The notes below the pieces were generated by a model that worked only from the letters and a program-made list of their open reading frames with translations, had not been told where the DNA came from and searched no databases. A program made the position numbers and the translations under genes. 64,000 nucleotides of DNA from Candidatus Falkowbacteria bacterium HGW-Falkowbacteria-1 (lineage in GTDB: Bacteria > Patescibacteriota > Patescibacteriia > Patescibacteriales > UBA12465), in the NCBI GenBank assembly GCA_002840305.1, contig PHAI01000002.1, positions 266,707 through 330,706 of the forward strand, given 5' to 3'. This document shows, one piece after another, positions 1-9,330 of the stretch (position 1 is its first letter; each line of letters opens with the position of its first letter).

Positions 1-1553
1 GTAAATTCGCTACGATTAGAGATAGCATTGGCCATACTCTTTATTTCATCAGAAGCGGAAGCCCTGGCTATCACATACCTTCCATTAGCTGGAACTACAA
101 CACCCTTGGGATATATCCCATCACTAAGATTTCCTATTCTAATCATAAGCGAAGGGGTGGCGCTAGTTTTTGTTTTATATAATCTAACGCCGGCCTCTTC
201 TAGGTCAATGGAAAAAGTATTTGGATTGTATATCTCTATATAGTCATCGCTTAAAGTTGAATATACTTTACTAATCAGCAAATTGCTTCTTAAAACTTCA
301 AATGATTCAAGACGAAGAACTGATTCTTCTGGTTCTTTTTCTTCTATATTTTTTTCTAAAGAAACGACATCAACACTCAACTCCGAATTTGAACTATAAC
401 CTTGAACCGCGTAAGTTTTGTCAACTGTAACTAGGCTTTGCAATTTGCCAGACAAACCGCCAGAATTAACTACCTCGGAATTCTCTTTTTTGTCCAATAT
501 GGCGACAAAAGACGTAGAACTTTTTGCTAAAACATTTTCACTACCTTCCTGAACTTGCAGGGCTTGTTGATTTTCGACATTTTCCCTCATATCATCTAAA
601 TCAACGACCACTTCATCGCCTTTAGCAAAAACGGAGGTAATACCTTTAACAATTTTAGCGAGAGATGAAAAAGGGTTATTTATAAAACTCCACTTAAAAA
701 TCATGGCCACCTCAGGAACTCTGCCCCGCACTTCATCATCATTAAATTTGCTACTTATATCTATGTCAACCGTAACATCTTCTAGACTATCTTGCATAAA
801 CTGAGTTAGAGGAAAAAAGAAATATCTTTCATCTTCATATTCAAATCCCGAATTAAAACCGATTAGTTCCGGCAAAGGAATAACAGTCCCTTTATTTTTG
901 AAAATTTTGGAAAACTCTAAATCTTTAGACAAACAATCTCCGTTTTCCTTATTTTGAATACTATAATCATCGAATCCATCAGGCGTGATGTTTATAGCAT
1001 AAAAACGAGGGTCGTATTCCAGGCGAGACAAATCAAGCGGATTTAAAATATCAGCGCTTTCATATATTTTTTCTGTTAAACCAACACAAATCCACTCTCC
1101 ACTATTTGGCCCTTTTTGTTCCTTGAAATCAAAGTCATAAGCCAAATTACTATCAGCTAATTTCTTAGCTAACTGAGCAACCTTGACCCTTTGAACCTCA
1201 TTAAGATTTTTAGGGATTTTAGCCCCAATCAATTCCTCCCCATTGTTTTCATTCAAAAAATACTTAGCCGGAACCTTGATTAAACCATCAGGCAAAGCCT
1301 CCACTATGTAGTCGACACCATCTTCTTTGCCGACATAAATACCGACGTGTCCAGTATAAATATTTTTAATCATCTTGTTTTTAACAACAACCAATTCATC
1401 AGTATTATAACCATACAGATTACCATCGCTAGATGTTCTATAAAGCAGTGTTCCTATTGGCATTGCAAAAGCAAAACTAGCTAAAGAAAAATTCATAAGT
1501 AAAGCGCTAAAAAATAACGCCCACTTATGCTTTTTAAAAAAATTTAAAAGCAT
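1..1553 (-). CDS. Large secreted protein, 3' end outside window: N-terminal permuted papain-like NlpC/P60 (YiiX/YebB-like) domain plus lamin-tail domain
   Basis: Not in the ORF track; N-terminal and distal parts translated by hand from ATG 1553. Signal peptide MLLNFFKKHKWALFLALLLMNFSLASFAFA, then GHVGIY...YDFDF...WICVGLTEKIY (His before Cys). LLISKVY...DDYIEIYNPNTFSIDL (LTD motif) near 300-200 is in the same frame. Confidence 0.75.
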   Translation of the reverse strand, partial: MLLNFFKKHKWALFFSALLMNFSLASFAFAMPIGTLLYRTSSDGNLYGYNTDELVVVKNKMIKNIYTGHVGIYVGKEDGVDYIVEALPDGLIKVPAKYFLNENNGEELIGAKIPKNLNEVQRVKVAQLAKKLADSNLAYDFDFKEQKGPNSGEWICVGLTEKIYESADILNPLDLSRLEYDPRFYAINITPDGFDDYSIQNKENGDCLSKDLEFSKIFKNKGTVIPLPELIGFNSGFEYEDERYFFFPLTQFMQDSLEDVTVDIDISSKFNDDEVRGRVPEVAMIFKWSFINNPFSSLAKIVKGITSVFAKGDEVVVDLDDMRENVENQQALQVQEGSENVLAKSSTSFVAILDKKENSEVVNSGGLSGKLQSLVTVDKTYAVQGYSSNSELSVDVVSLEKNIEEKEPEESVLRLESFEVLRSNLLISKVYSTLSDDYIEIYNPNTFSIDLEEAGVRLYKTKTSATPSLMIRIGNLSDGIYPKGVVVPANGRYVIARASASDEIKSMANAISNRSEF

Positions 1554-1601
1554 AGCCCCAAAAAAATTAATTTGTATTTAAATCATGGCCAGAGCCATTC
1601 C

Positions 1602-2576
1602 CTATAAATAATACTCTTCCCACTCCTCATCGCTTATATCGGGAAAATCATAATCTCGGCTTGATTGCCTATTTAAAGTATCAGCAATTAAAAACTTGCT
1701 AAATTCATCAGTATTTTCATTTTGATAAAGACCATCCAAGAACATAAGCACCTCTTGATTATCATCTTCCATAATAAAATCAGACAAAATAAAAATTACT
1801 AAACGACGATTTTCAAAACCGGAATTAACATTTAAAAAAATATTTTCCAATACAGGCAGCACCTTCCCATGATCTAGGTCAAAACGGCCAATATCCCCGC
1901 CCAAAGACTTCAAAATTGTTCCTATTATTTTTTGATTATTTTCTTTAATAAGTAAATCTAAATAGTAACCACTCAAATTAGTGCCCAAAGAGCTTAAAAA
2001 ATTTATAGATTTTATTTTATTATTTCCATCTAAAATATTTTCCGAAATATTATTTTTCAAAATTTTAAGATAGCTATCGGATTCTAGATAATTATAAAAA
2101 GAAAAAATTAAAGCTTGTTTTATTTCCAAATCTTCATCGATATTTTCATTATCAATATAAAACTGAGTATCATTCAAGAAATCTTCTAAATAAATATTTT
2201 TATCAAGCGATTCTTCTATTACTTTTATTGACTCTAAGCGCCACCCTAAATTTTCTTCTTGATTAAAAATAGTATTTTTCAATTTTTCATAAACCTTTTT
2301 ATTGTCTATATTAGCCGTTATCTCTTGCTTGTAGCCCAACTGCTGATAAAAACAAACATCACGGCAAACTGGGTTTTTATAAATAGAAATGGCTAAACGA
2401 TTCATAGCTATAATTGATCTAATATTTTGAGGCCAAATTTTACACAAAGAACCATAAATACTAGAAATAAAAAAAATAATTAAAAAAATAGTCAACGAAC
2501 TAATTGATAAAATAAAAATTCTTTTTTTATTAAAAAACTTCTTAATTTTATTACTACTAAAAACAAAATTTTTCAT
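1602..2576 (-). CDS. Hypothetical membrane-anchored helical protein
   Basis: 324 aa ORF, one N-terminal TM segment, CRDVC motif, helical-repeat-like remainder. Confidence 0.6.
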   Translation of the reverse strand: MKNFVFSSNKIKKFFNKKRIFILSISSLTIFLIIFFISSIYGSLCKIWPQNIRSIIAMNRLAISIYKNPVCRDVCFYQQLGYKQEITANIDNKKVYEKLKNTIFNQEENLGWRLESIKVIEESLDKNIYLEDFLNDTQFYIDNENIDEDLEIKQALIFSFYNYLESDSYLKILKNNISENILDGNNKIKSINFLSSLGTNLSGYYLDLLIKENNQKIIGTILKSLGGDIGRFDLDHGKVLPVLENIFLNVNSGFENRRLVIFILSDFIMEDDNQEVLMFLDGLYQNENTDEFSKFLIADTLNRQSSRDYDFPDISDEEWEEYYL

Positions 2577-3004
2577 AGTTGAAATAAATTATTTGATAAA
2601 AAATTGATTAAAAAAATATGCCTTGAGGCGAACTTACTAAATTAAGTTATCACTAAAAAAGAAATCTAAAATAGTAATAAAAATGAATAAATCCGCCCAA
2701 ACGTTTACTTTTATTATTTTAATAATAAAAATTATTACTTCTCAAACGAAATCAAGGCAAGCATTACTTGTCTAAAATAACAAAAGAGCCCTTACAGCTC
2801 TTTAAATTAAAAATAAAAAATAACCAAACATAATGTTTAGTTATTATATAAAAATCTATCAAACGATATTACTAAGACGATAAATTAAACATTTTTTTGT
2901 AATAATCAGTGAACAGGTTGCTTTTTTCTGCTAAATTACTATTTTTTCCAACTGATTTCCACTGATCAACGGTTGTATATGTCTCACCAATTTTAAACTT
3001 TTCT

Positions 3005-3247
3005 TTAGTTTGATATTATTATTCCCGCTTCTTTATTAAGCTTGGACCTCAAATTATCCTTGTCTTGAGAATTTTCCAATGTATAATCCGGTTTTATATT
3101 TAACATGCCAAAATATCCATCCAACCTTTTATGCACGGCACTTATTCCTTCGGCTGCAATTTCTGTCTCTAAGCCGCCAAAAACTCTATCTTTTGCCTTC
3201 TCATGAATTGCCTTTTTAATTGTCTCAAAGTTTTTCATATCTTGCAA
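3005..3247 (-). CDS. Small hypothetical protein or gene fragment
   Basis: 80 aa ORF, no recognisable motif. Confidence 0.35.
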   Translation of the reverse strand: MQDMKNFETIKKAIHEKAKDRVFGGLETEIAAEGISAVHKRLDGYFGMLNIKPDYTLENSQDKDNLRSKLNKEAGIIISN

Positions 3248-3304
3248 ATTAACGAAATTTATCCATTATAAACAAATATCAATTAAATAAAAAACAACCA
3301 CAAA

Positions 3305-3832
3305 TCAATCCATATGAATCAATCTATCTCTCTTGAATTTCTTTTTTTCACCAAAGATCGCGATGCCATGATGAAAATATTTTTTTCCGTCAACGCCAAC
3401 ATCGTGCCACCTTTTTTCTAATTCATCGCACGTCAAATAAGTGCGAACAAAAGAAAACGGATCTTCGAAAATTATTTTGTTTCTCGTATATCCAGCGGCC
3501 ACAACATAATGTCCATCATCCCAATCAGTCTCCCAGTCAACATCCTCCTTCTTAGTCCAGGCCTGTAATGCCAAAATTACAGGGATCTTCTTATTAAGAT
3601 AATCTTTAATATCTTTAATGGACATCTCTCTGGAGGTTGATTTCAAACCATATGCAGACACAGTTTCGACTATGCCCTCGATAGAAGTTCCATCTTCCGA
3701 CGTTTTAGTTCTTTTTATTATATACTCCTCTCTCACTTCTATACCGTAATAAGCCAATACTGCCTGAAGTGCCTTAGCACCACAATCATAACCATAAGTC
3801 TGACGAAGTTGTGGTAAGCCAATATTTTTCAT
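3305..3832 (-). CDS. Stand-alone C39-family cysteine peptidase
   Basis: Q-x5-CG (QTYGYDCGAKAL), GHYVV and IFEDP motifs. Confidence 0.85.
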   Translation of the reverse strand: MKNIGLPQLRQTYGYDCGAKALQAVLAYYGIEVREEYIIKRTKTSEDGTSIEGIVETVSAYGLKSTSREMSIKDIKDYLNKKIPVILALQAWTKKEDVDWETDWDDGHYVVAAGYTRNKIIFEDPFSFVRTYLTCDELEKRWHDVGVDGKKYFHHGIAIFGEKKKFKRDRLIHMD

Positions 3833-3857
3833 AAATTATAAGCATTATTTTCACTTA

Positions 3858-4262
3858 CTAAGAAATAATAATTTTTCTTATCTCTTCCAAATCATCCTTG
3901 AGGTCTTTTTTACCAATAAAATCCAACTTCATACCATCATCTTTGTAACGAGGAACAACATGAAAATGCAAATGAAAAACTTCCTGTCCAGCCTCTTTGC
4001 CAGAGTTATTAGCAATGTTCACAGCGTCAGCCCCCAATTTTTCTTTTACTAATTGGGCCATCTTTTTAGAAATTTTAATCAAATGAGACAAAATTTCATC
4101 TGGGCAATCAAGAATGTTTTCGAAATGTTCTTTTGGAATAATAAGTAAATGACCCTTAGACGCCGGGTTTATATTTAAAAAAACCTTAGCCACTTTATCT
4201 TGAAATATTTCTACACTCGGGATTTCCCCTTTAACAATTTTACAAAAAATACAATCTTTCAT
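3858..4262 (-). CDS. HIT family nucleotide hydrolase
   Basis: DCIFCKI start and HLHFHVVPR histidine triad. Confidence 0.95.
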   Translation of the reverse strand: MKDCIFCKIVKGEIPSVEIFQDKVAKVFLNINPASKGHLLIIPKEHFENILDCPDEILSHLIKISKKMAQLVKEKLGADAVNIANNSGKEAGQEVFHLHFHVVPRYKDDGMKLDFIGKKDLKDDLEEIRKIIIS

Positions 4263-4277
4263 ATTTTAAAATTAATA

Positions 4278-4883
4278 TTATAATTCAATATTAGGTTCAA
4301 TTATCTTTTTAGCTTCATCACAACTATGTAAAATCCCGGAGCCATCATCAAATCCACTCCCGCAAGAATTTATAAACAAAAGCCAATCCCGACTCATCAT
4401 ATATGGATAAGTATCTCCACCAGTTTCACATAAATCAAAATCGGCCTTAAACTGTCCCAGCGATACATACCTTGGTTTATTTGGCAGTATAGTAACAACA
4501 TAAGAACTACCATCGCCCTCTTGATATTCAAAATCATAAACTATCTTATTGCCACCACTAAATTTACTAATCAACTCGTCGAAGTATCCTTCTTCATGAT
4601 AAGAACCACAATCTTCGGCTCTTTTTTCTAAGAGACTAGCACTATAATTGAAAGGCTCGGTGATTCTAGAAACAGTAATTGGCTCCCCGTCAGTAGTGTA
4701 ATATAGAGGACCCGACTTTGAGTTTTCTTCGGCTAGTTCTTTTAATGTATTTATACCGGAAATTCCTTTTTGTAAATCGGGCACAGAAGATGTTTGTTTC
4801 TTGGTATTGTTTTTCTGCCATAAATAAAAACCGCCAACAATAATGGCAATAATAACGAGACTTAATAATCCTTTTTTATTCAT
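4278..4883 (-). CDS. Hypothetical membrane-anchored extracytoplasmic protein
   Basis: N-terminal TM helix, four Cys in the soluble domain. Confidence 0.6.
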   Translation of the reverse strand: MNKKGLLSLVIIAIIVGGFYLWQKNNTKKQTSSVPDLQKGISGINTLKELAEENSKSGPLYYTTDGEPITVSRITEPFNYSASLLEKRAEDCGSYHEEGYFDELISKFSGGNKIVYDFEYQEGDGSSYVVTILPNKPRYVSLGQFKADFDLCETGGDTYPYMMSRDWLLFINSCGSGFDDGSGILHSCDEAKKIIEPNIEL

Positions 4884-4968
4884 AAAGCTTTAAACTTGGC
4901 TAATTAATTAAAATTTGCCATTATTTAGCATAAAGAAAAGTACAAGGTCAAAACAAAAAAACAATTGA

Positions 4969-5199
4969 CTACTTGCTTAAATACTTAAAACGAGGCATTG
5001 ATATTCCATCAACCAACACATCTTCAAAAAACATATTTTTTGGTCTAACCCATAATGAGTTTTTGCCAAATTCTTTTGAATCATAAAGAGCCCTGTAAAC
5101 AACCAATTCCTCAAGACTTTCACTATGTCTTGCAACTCCAATAAGTTCATATTCGCCACCCTTAAAATGTTTATACTTACCCAATTTTATTTCTTTCAT
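4969..5199 (-). CDS. DUF1653 family protein
   Basis: GKYKHFKGGEY...ARHSE...VVYRALY...LWVRP...RF; start moved to the MKEIK ATG at 5199. Confidence 0.9.
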   Translation of the reverse strand: MKEIKLGKYKHFKGGEYELIGVARHSESLEELVVYRALYDSKEFGKNSLWVRPKNMFFEDVLVDGISMPRFKYLSK

Positions 5200-5227
5200 A
5201 AAAAATAGTAAAAGATAAAAAGATAAA

Positions 5228-6514
5228 CTAAAAACTCCAAGAAACAATCTGTTCTTCCCCGCTTTTCATATCTTTTATCTTATAACACTTCTTAGCAAAT
5301 TCGTCTTCCCCAAAAATAACAATCTTGCCAACCCCTTTCTTGTTCGCATACTCCAAGGCCTTACCAATTTTTGTCACATCCAAACCCATTTCAACTTTTT
5401 CTCCTTTGGCTCTCAATTCTTTGGACAAAGAAAAACTTTGATTTATTAAACTCTCACTAAGCAGTGGTAAAAAATAAGTATTCTCATAGAGATTGGTTTT
5501 TGGTAAAATGTCCCAAGATTCCAAAAATATCCTAAAAGTCTCGTCTCCAATAGCGAAGCCAACCGCCGGAAAACTTTTGGAACCAAATATTTCGGCCAAG
5601 CCATTATATCTACCTCCCCCAAACATAGCCCTATTATTTTCAGGGTGATTATCAAATATTTCAAATATCAAACCATCATAATAATCAAAGCCCCTAATAA
5701 CCGAAGGAGAAAACAACAAATACTCTTGATACCCTAAATCAGAGAGTTGTTTTATTAAAGCTCTCATTTCTTTCACGCTTTCCTTATCTAACAATTCTGG
5801 CAATTTTTCAACTAAATCATCAATTGAATCAGCTCTCAAGAAGCTATCAATTCTGTTTGTGTCATCCATTTTTAAGCCCATGTCCATTACGGCTTTATAA
5901 AACTCTTCATCAGATAACTTTTCATATTTGTCCATTAACCTGGTCAAAGAAATTTTTTTATCTTCACCCAAATTTAAAAGATCGAAAAGATCATCTATCA
6001 GTTTTCGACTATTAATTTTTAAAACAAAAGAATTCTTGGGTGGATTAAAAATCAACATCAAATCTATAGCTAATTGAAGTGTTTCCAAGTCGGACAAAGT
6101 CCCATCCTCCCCAAAAATATCACAGTTTAATTGCCAGAACTCTCTATTTCTGCCTCTTTGTGGTCTTTCATTTCTAATAAAATTAGTAATAGAAAATAAT
6201 TTCAATGGCTTTGGACTAGAAGAATAAATTTTGGAAACTAATCTAGAGATACTAGGGGTCATCTCTGGTCTAATAGCTAAATCTCTACCAGCCTGGTCTT
6301 TAAACACCATTAGCTCTTTTATACCTATGTCTTCACCGGATTTAGCTCGATAAATGTCAGCATTCTCTAAAATCGGAGTTAAATATTGAGAAAATCCATA
6401 AGAAAGACAGATTTGTTTCCAATTAGAGAAAATATAATCTCTAATAAAAAACTCCTCTGGCAACCAATCCTTCGTTCCTTTAACTTCCTGATTTGATAAT
6501 ATTATTTTTTTCAT
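5228..6514 (-). CDS. hisS: Histidine--tRNA ligase
   Basis: KGTKD, RPEMT, RNERPQRGRNREFWQ, RGFDYY and GGGRY motifs. Confidence 0.97.
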   Translation of the reverse strand: MKKIILSNQEVKGTKDWLPEEFFIRDYIFSNWKQICLSYGFSQYLTPILENADIYRAKSGEDIGIKELMVFKDQAGRDLAIRPEMTPSISRLVSKIYSSSPKPLKLFSITNFIRNERPQRGRNREFWQLNCDIFGEDGTLSDLETLQLAIDLMLIFNPPKNSFVLKINSRKLIDDLFDLLNLGEDKKISLTRLMDKYEKLSDEEFYKAVMDMGLKMDDTNRIDSFLRADSIDDLVEKLPELLDKESVKEMRALIKQLSDLGYQEYLLFSPSVIRGFDYYDGLIFEIFDNHPENNRAMFGGGRYNGLAEIFGSKSFPAVGFAIGDETFRIFLESWDILPKTNLYENTYFLPLLSESLINQSFSLSKELRAKGEKVEMGLDVTKIGKALEYANKKGVGKIVIFGEDEFAKKCYKIKDMKSGEEQIVSWSF

Positions 6515-6523
6515 AATTTTATT

Positions 6524-7249
6524 TTATATAATCATCTTGTCCTGCAATTTATTCTTAGCCAATATTTGAGCCTCTAATAAACTATCAAAAGTTCCGGCAT
6601 CAACCCAAGCACCGCTCACCATTGCCACATCCAACTCCTTTCTCTCCAAATAAACCTTGTTGACATCAGTTATCTCTAACTCTCCCCTAACTGATGGTTT
6701 TAAATTTTTAGCAATATTTACAACTTGATTATCATAAACATATAAGCCCGTTACGCAATAATTTGATTTCGGCTGTTTCGGTTTTTCTTCTATGGAAATT
6801 GCTTTAAAATTTTTATCAAACTCGACTACACCGAATCTCTCAGGATCTGGAACTTCTCTGGCAAAAATTTTGGCACCGCTTTTAAAATTTTTAATATCAT
6901 CACTAAAGTCATCTTCAAAAATATTGTCGCCCAAGATCATACAAACACTATCTTCATCTATAAAATTTTCTCCAATCAAAAAAGCCTGAGCCAAACCCTC
7001 TGGCTTGTCTTGAATTTCATAAGTAAACTTCACTCCGAACTCCCTTCCACTACCAAGCAGATTTAAATAATGTCCTGCTTGCTCTGGAGAAACAATGATT
7101 AAAATATCTTTAATGCCCGCCCTTATCAATGTATTTAGAGGATAATAGATCATTGGTCTGTTATAAACCGGTAAAAGCTGTTTGGATGTAACCTTGGTAC
7201 AAGGGCGAAGTCTGGTCGCACTTCCACCGGACAATATAATTCCTTTCAT
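6524..7249 (-). CDS. rfbA: Glucose-1-phosphate thymidylyltransferase (short form)
   Basis: [28 protein letters not shown]. Confidence 0.92.
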   Translation of the reverse strand: MKGIILSGGSATRLRPCTKVTSKQLLPVYNRPMIYYPLNTLIRAGIKDILIIVSPEQAGHYLNLLGSGREFGVKFTYEIQDKPEGLAQAFLIGENFIDEDSVCMILGDNIFEDDFSDDIKNFKSGAKIFAREVPDPERFGVVEFDKNFKAISIEEKPKQPKSNYCVTGLYVYDNQVVNIAKNLKPSVRGELEITDVNKVYLERKELDVAMVSGAWVDAGTFDSLLEAQILAKNKLQDKMII

Positions 7250-7258
7250 AAAATTTTA

Positions 7259-8179
7259 CTATTTATAATTTATTAAATATTCTTTGAGCGCTTCCTTCCA
7301 ATCACGAAGTGCTGGTAATTTTGAATTAGCTAAAACGGAATACTTCGGCCTCTTGGCTGGTCTTGGGAAAGCGTCCGAAGTAACAGGATTGACCCTGATA
7401 TTAATATTCTTTATTTTGAATAATTCTCTAGCAGCATCATACCAAATAGCCGGTTCGCTATTTCTAATATGATATATTCCAAAATCCTTCTTGTCATTTA
7501 AAATATCCCAAGTTTGACTAGCCAAATCGAAGGTATAAGTAAAACAACTAAGCTCTTCGTTAACAACGTTAATTTCTTGTCTGTCCTTGGCAATTTTTAA
7601 CATCAAATCGAAAAAGCTATCCTTAGACTCGTTTGACTTCCCTTTTGGTCCAAAAAGCTTGGAGGTTCTAATTATATAATATTTTAATTTTTTATCCTCT
7701 AGTTTTTTTAATTCTTCCTCGCCCAACAACTTTGATAAACCATACTTATTTACAGGGCAAGGAATATCATCTTCTTTAAACCCGCCTCTTTCCTTAAAAC
7801 TTAAAAGGCAATCATCGCCACAACCATCTTCTTCACAAATATCACCACCAAAAACATAATCAGAAGAATAATGAACTAAAACAGAGTTGTTCTTAATGGC
7901 TGCTTTGCCCAAAAATTTTAAAGTTTCACCATTAATTTTTTTTGCCAGCTTAAATTCATCTTCAAACTCTTCACATCGGTCAACAGCATTATATGAGGCA
8001 GTATTGATTATAATATCAGGTCTTATTCTTGAGATTTTAGGCACTATCGAATCATAATCCAACAAATCCAAGTCTTTTCTATTATAGGCAAAAACCTGAG
8101 TATCAGAAGAATCTCCAATAGTTTTTAACAATTGACCACCTAGATTGCCATCAGACCCTAAAATTAAAACTTTTTTCAT
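7259..8179 (-). CDS. rfbD: dTDP-4-dehydrorhamnose reductase
   Basis: GSDGNLG, SSDYVF, YGLSK, RPAKRP; lies in the rml cluster. Confidence 0.93.
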   Translation of the reverse strand: MKKVLILGSDGNLGGQLLKTIGDSSDTQVFAYNRKDLDLLDYDSIVPKISRIRPDIIINTASYNAVDRCEEFEDEFKLAKKINGETLKFLGKAAIKNNSVLVHYSSDYVFGGDICEEDGCGDDCLLSFKERGGFKEDDIPCPVNKYGLSKLLGEEELKKLEDKKLKYYIIRTSKLFGPKGKSNESKDSFFDLMLKIAKDRQEINVVNEELSCFTYTFDLASQTWDILNDKKDFGIYHIRNSEPAIWYDAARELFKIKNINIRVNPVTSDAFPRPAKRPKYSVLANSKLPALRDWKEALKEYLINYK

Positions 8180-8205
8180 AATTACAAAATTATCTTTATC
8201 GAAAA

Positions 8206-9180
8206 CTATTTATTGTTTTGAATTTTTTTCCACCAAACACTATTCTGCCTGTACCAATCTATTGTATTTTCTAACCCTTGAGAAAAACCTATTTCTGGTT
8301 CCCAGGCAAGCTCCTTTTTAGCTTTAGAAAAATCAATTGCATAACGAAGATCATGACCCAAACGATCTTCCACAAATTCTATCATATCTTCTCCCATGGA
8401 CAAAATGTCCAAAATTTTGTGAGTAATTTCTATATTTTTAATTTCATTGTTTCCCCCCAAACAATAAGTTTCACCTATCTTTCCTTTTTCAATAATCATT
8501 TTTACTCCTCGATTATGATCATCAACGTGTATCCAGTCACGAATGTTTTGACCATTTCCGTAAACCGGAACCTTTTTACCTTCAATTAAATTTATTATAA
8601 ACAAAGGGATAAGTTTTTCTGGAAATTGATAGGGTCCATAGTTATTAGAACAGTTTGATACCGTAATCGGCAAATTATAAGTATGAAAGTAGGCTCTGAC
8701 TAAATGATCGGCTGCCGCCTTGGAAGCACTATAGGGAGAGCGTGGATCATAGGGAGTTTTTTCGTTAAATTTCTCATCATCCAAATTCAAGGAGCCAAAA
8801 ACCTCATCAGTCGATATTTGATGAAATCTAATTCCTCCGTTATTTTTAGCCGCCTCCAAAAGCACTCTAGTGCCCTCTATATTAGTCTTTACAAAATCAG
8901 AACTATTTTTTATAGACCTATCAACATGGCTTTCGGCTGCAAAATTTACTATCAAATCAGTTTTCTTGACTAAACTATTCACTAAATCAAAATCACAAAT
9001 ATCACCTTGGACAAATTTATAGTTTGAATTATTAGAAATATCAACTAAATTATCTAAATTACCAGCGTAAGTTAGTTTGTCCAGATTTGTTATCTGATCA
9101 TTTGGCTCGTTTTTTAACCAATATCTAATAAAATTTGAGCCAATAAACCCAGCCCCTCCTGTTACTAAAATTTTTGACAT
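8206..9180 (-). CDS. rfbB: dTDP-glucose 4,6-dehydratase
   Basis: GGAGFIG, AAESHVDRSI, STDEV, YSASK. Confidence 0.97.
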   Translation of the reverse strand: MSKILVTGGAGFIGSNFIRYWLKNEPNDQITNLDKLTYAGNLDNLVDISNNSNYKFVQGDICDFDLVNSLVKKTDLIVNFAAESHVDRSIKNSSDFVKTNIEGTRVLLEAAKNNGGIRFHQISTDEVFGSLNLDDEKFNEKTPYDPRSPYSASKAAADHLVRAYFHTYNLPITVSNCSNNYGPYQFPEKLIPLFIINLIEGKKVPVYGNGQNIRDWIHVDDHNRGVKMIIEKGKIGETYCLGGNNEIKNIEITHKILDILSMGEDMIEFVEDRLGHDLRYAIDFSKAKKELAWEPEIGFSQGLENTIDWYRQNSVWWKKIQNNK

Positions 9181-9330
9181 AAACTATAAAAAAATATTAT
9201 ATAAACTCTGTAAACATTATATAATATTTATTTAATTTTTGAAAGCGTTTAAAAAATAAAAAACACTTATCGATAATAAGTGCTTTTTTTGTACAATTTG
9301 AACAAATATCAAAATTTTTTGAAATATTTA

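Noticed and set aside
28..243. 71-aa plus-strand ORF and the many other short ORFs antisense to long genes
   Set aside because: They are shadows of well-supported genes on the opposite strand.
2870..3010. Open frame YQTKEKFKIGETY...MFNLSS downstream of the 80-aa ORF, a possible frameshifted pseudogene
   Set aside because: No start codon or recognisable homology; cannot be supported without a search.
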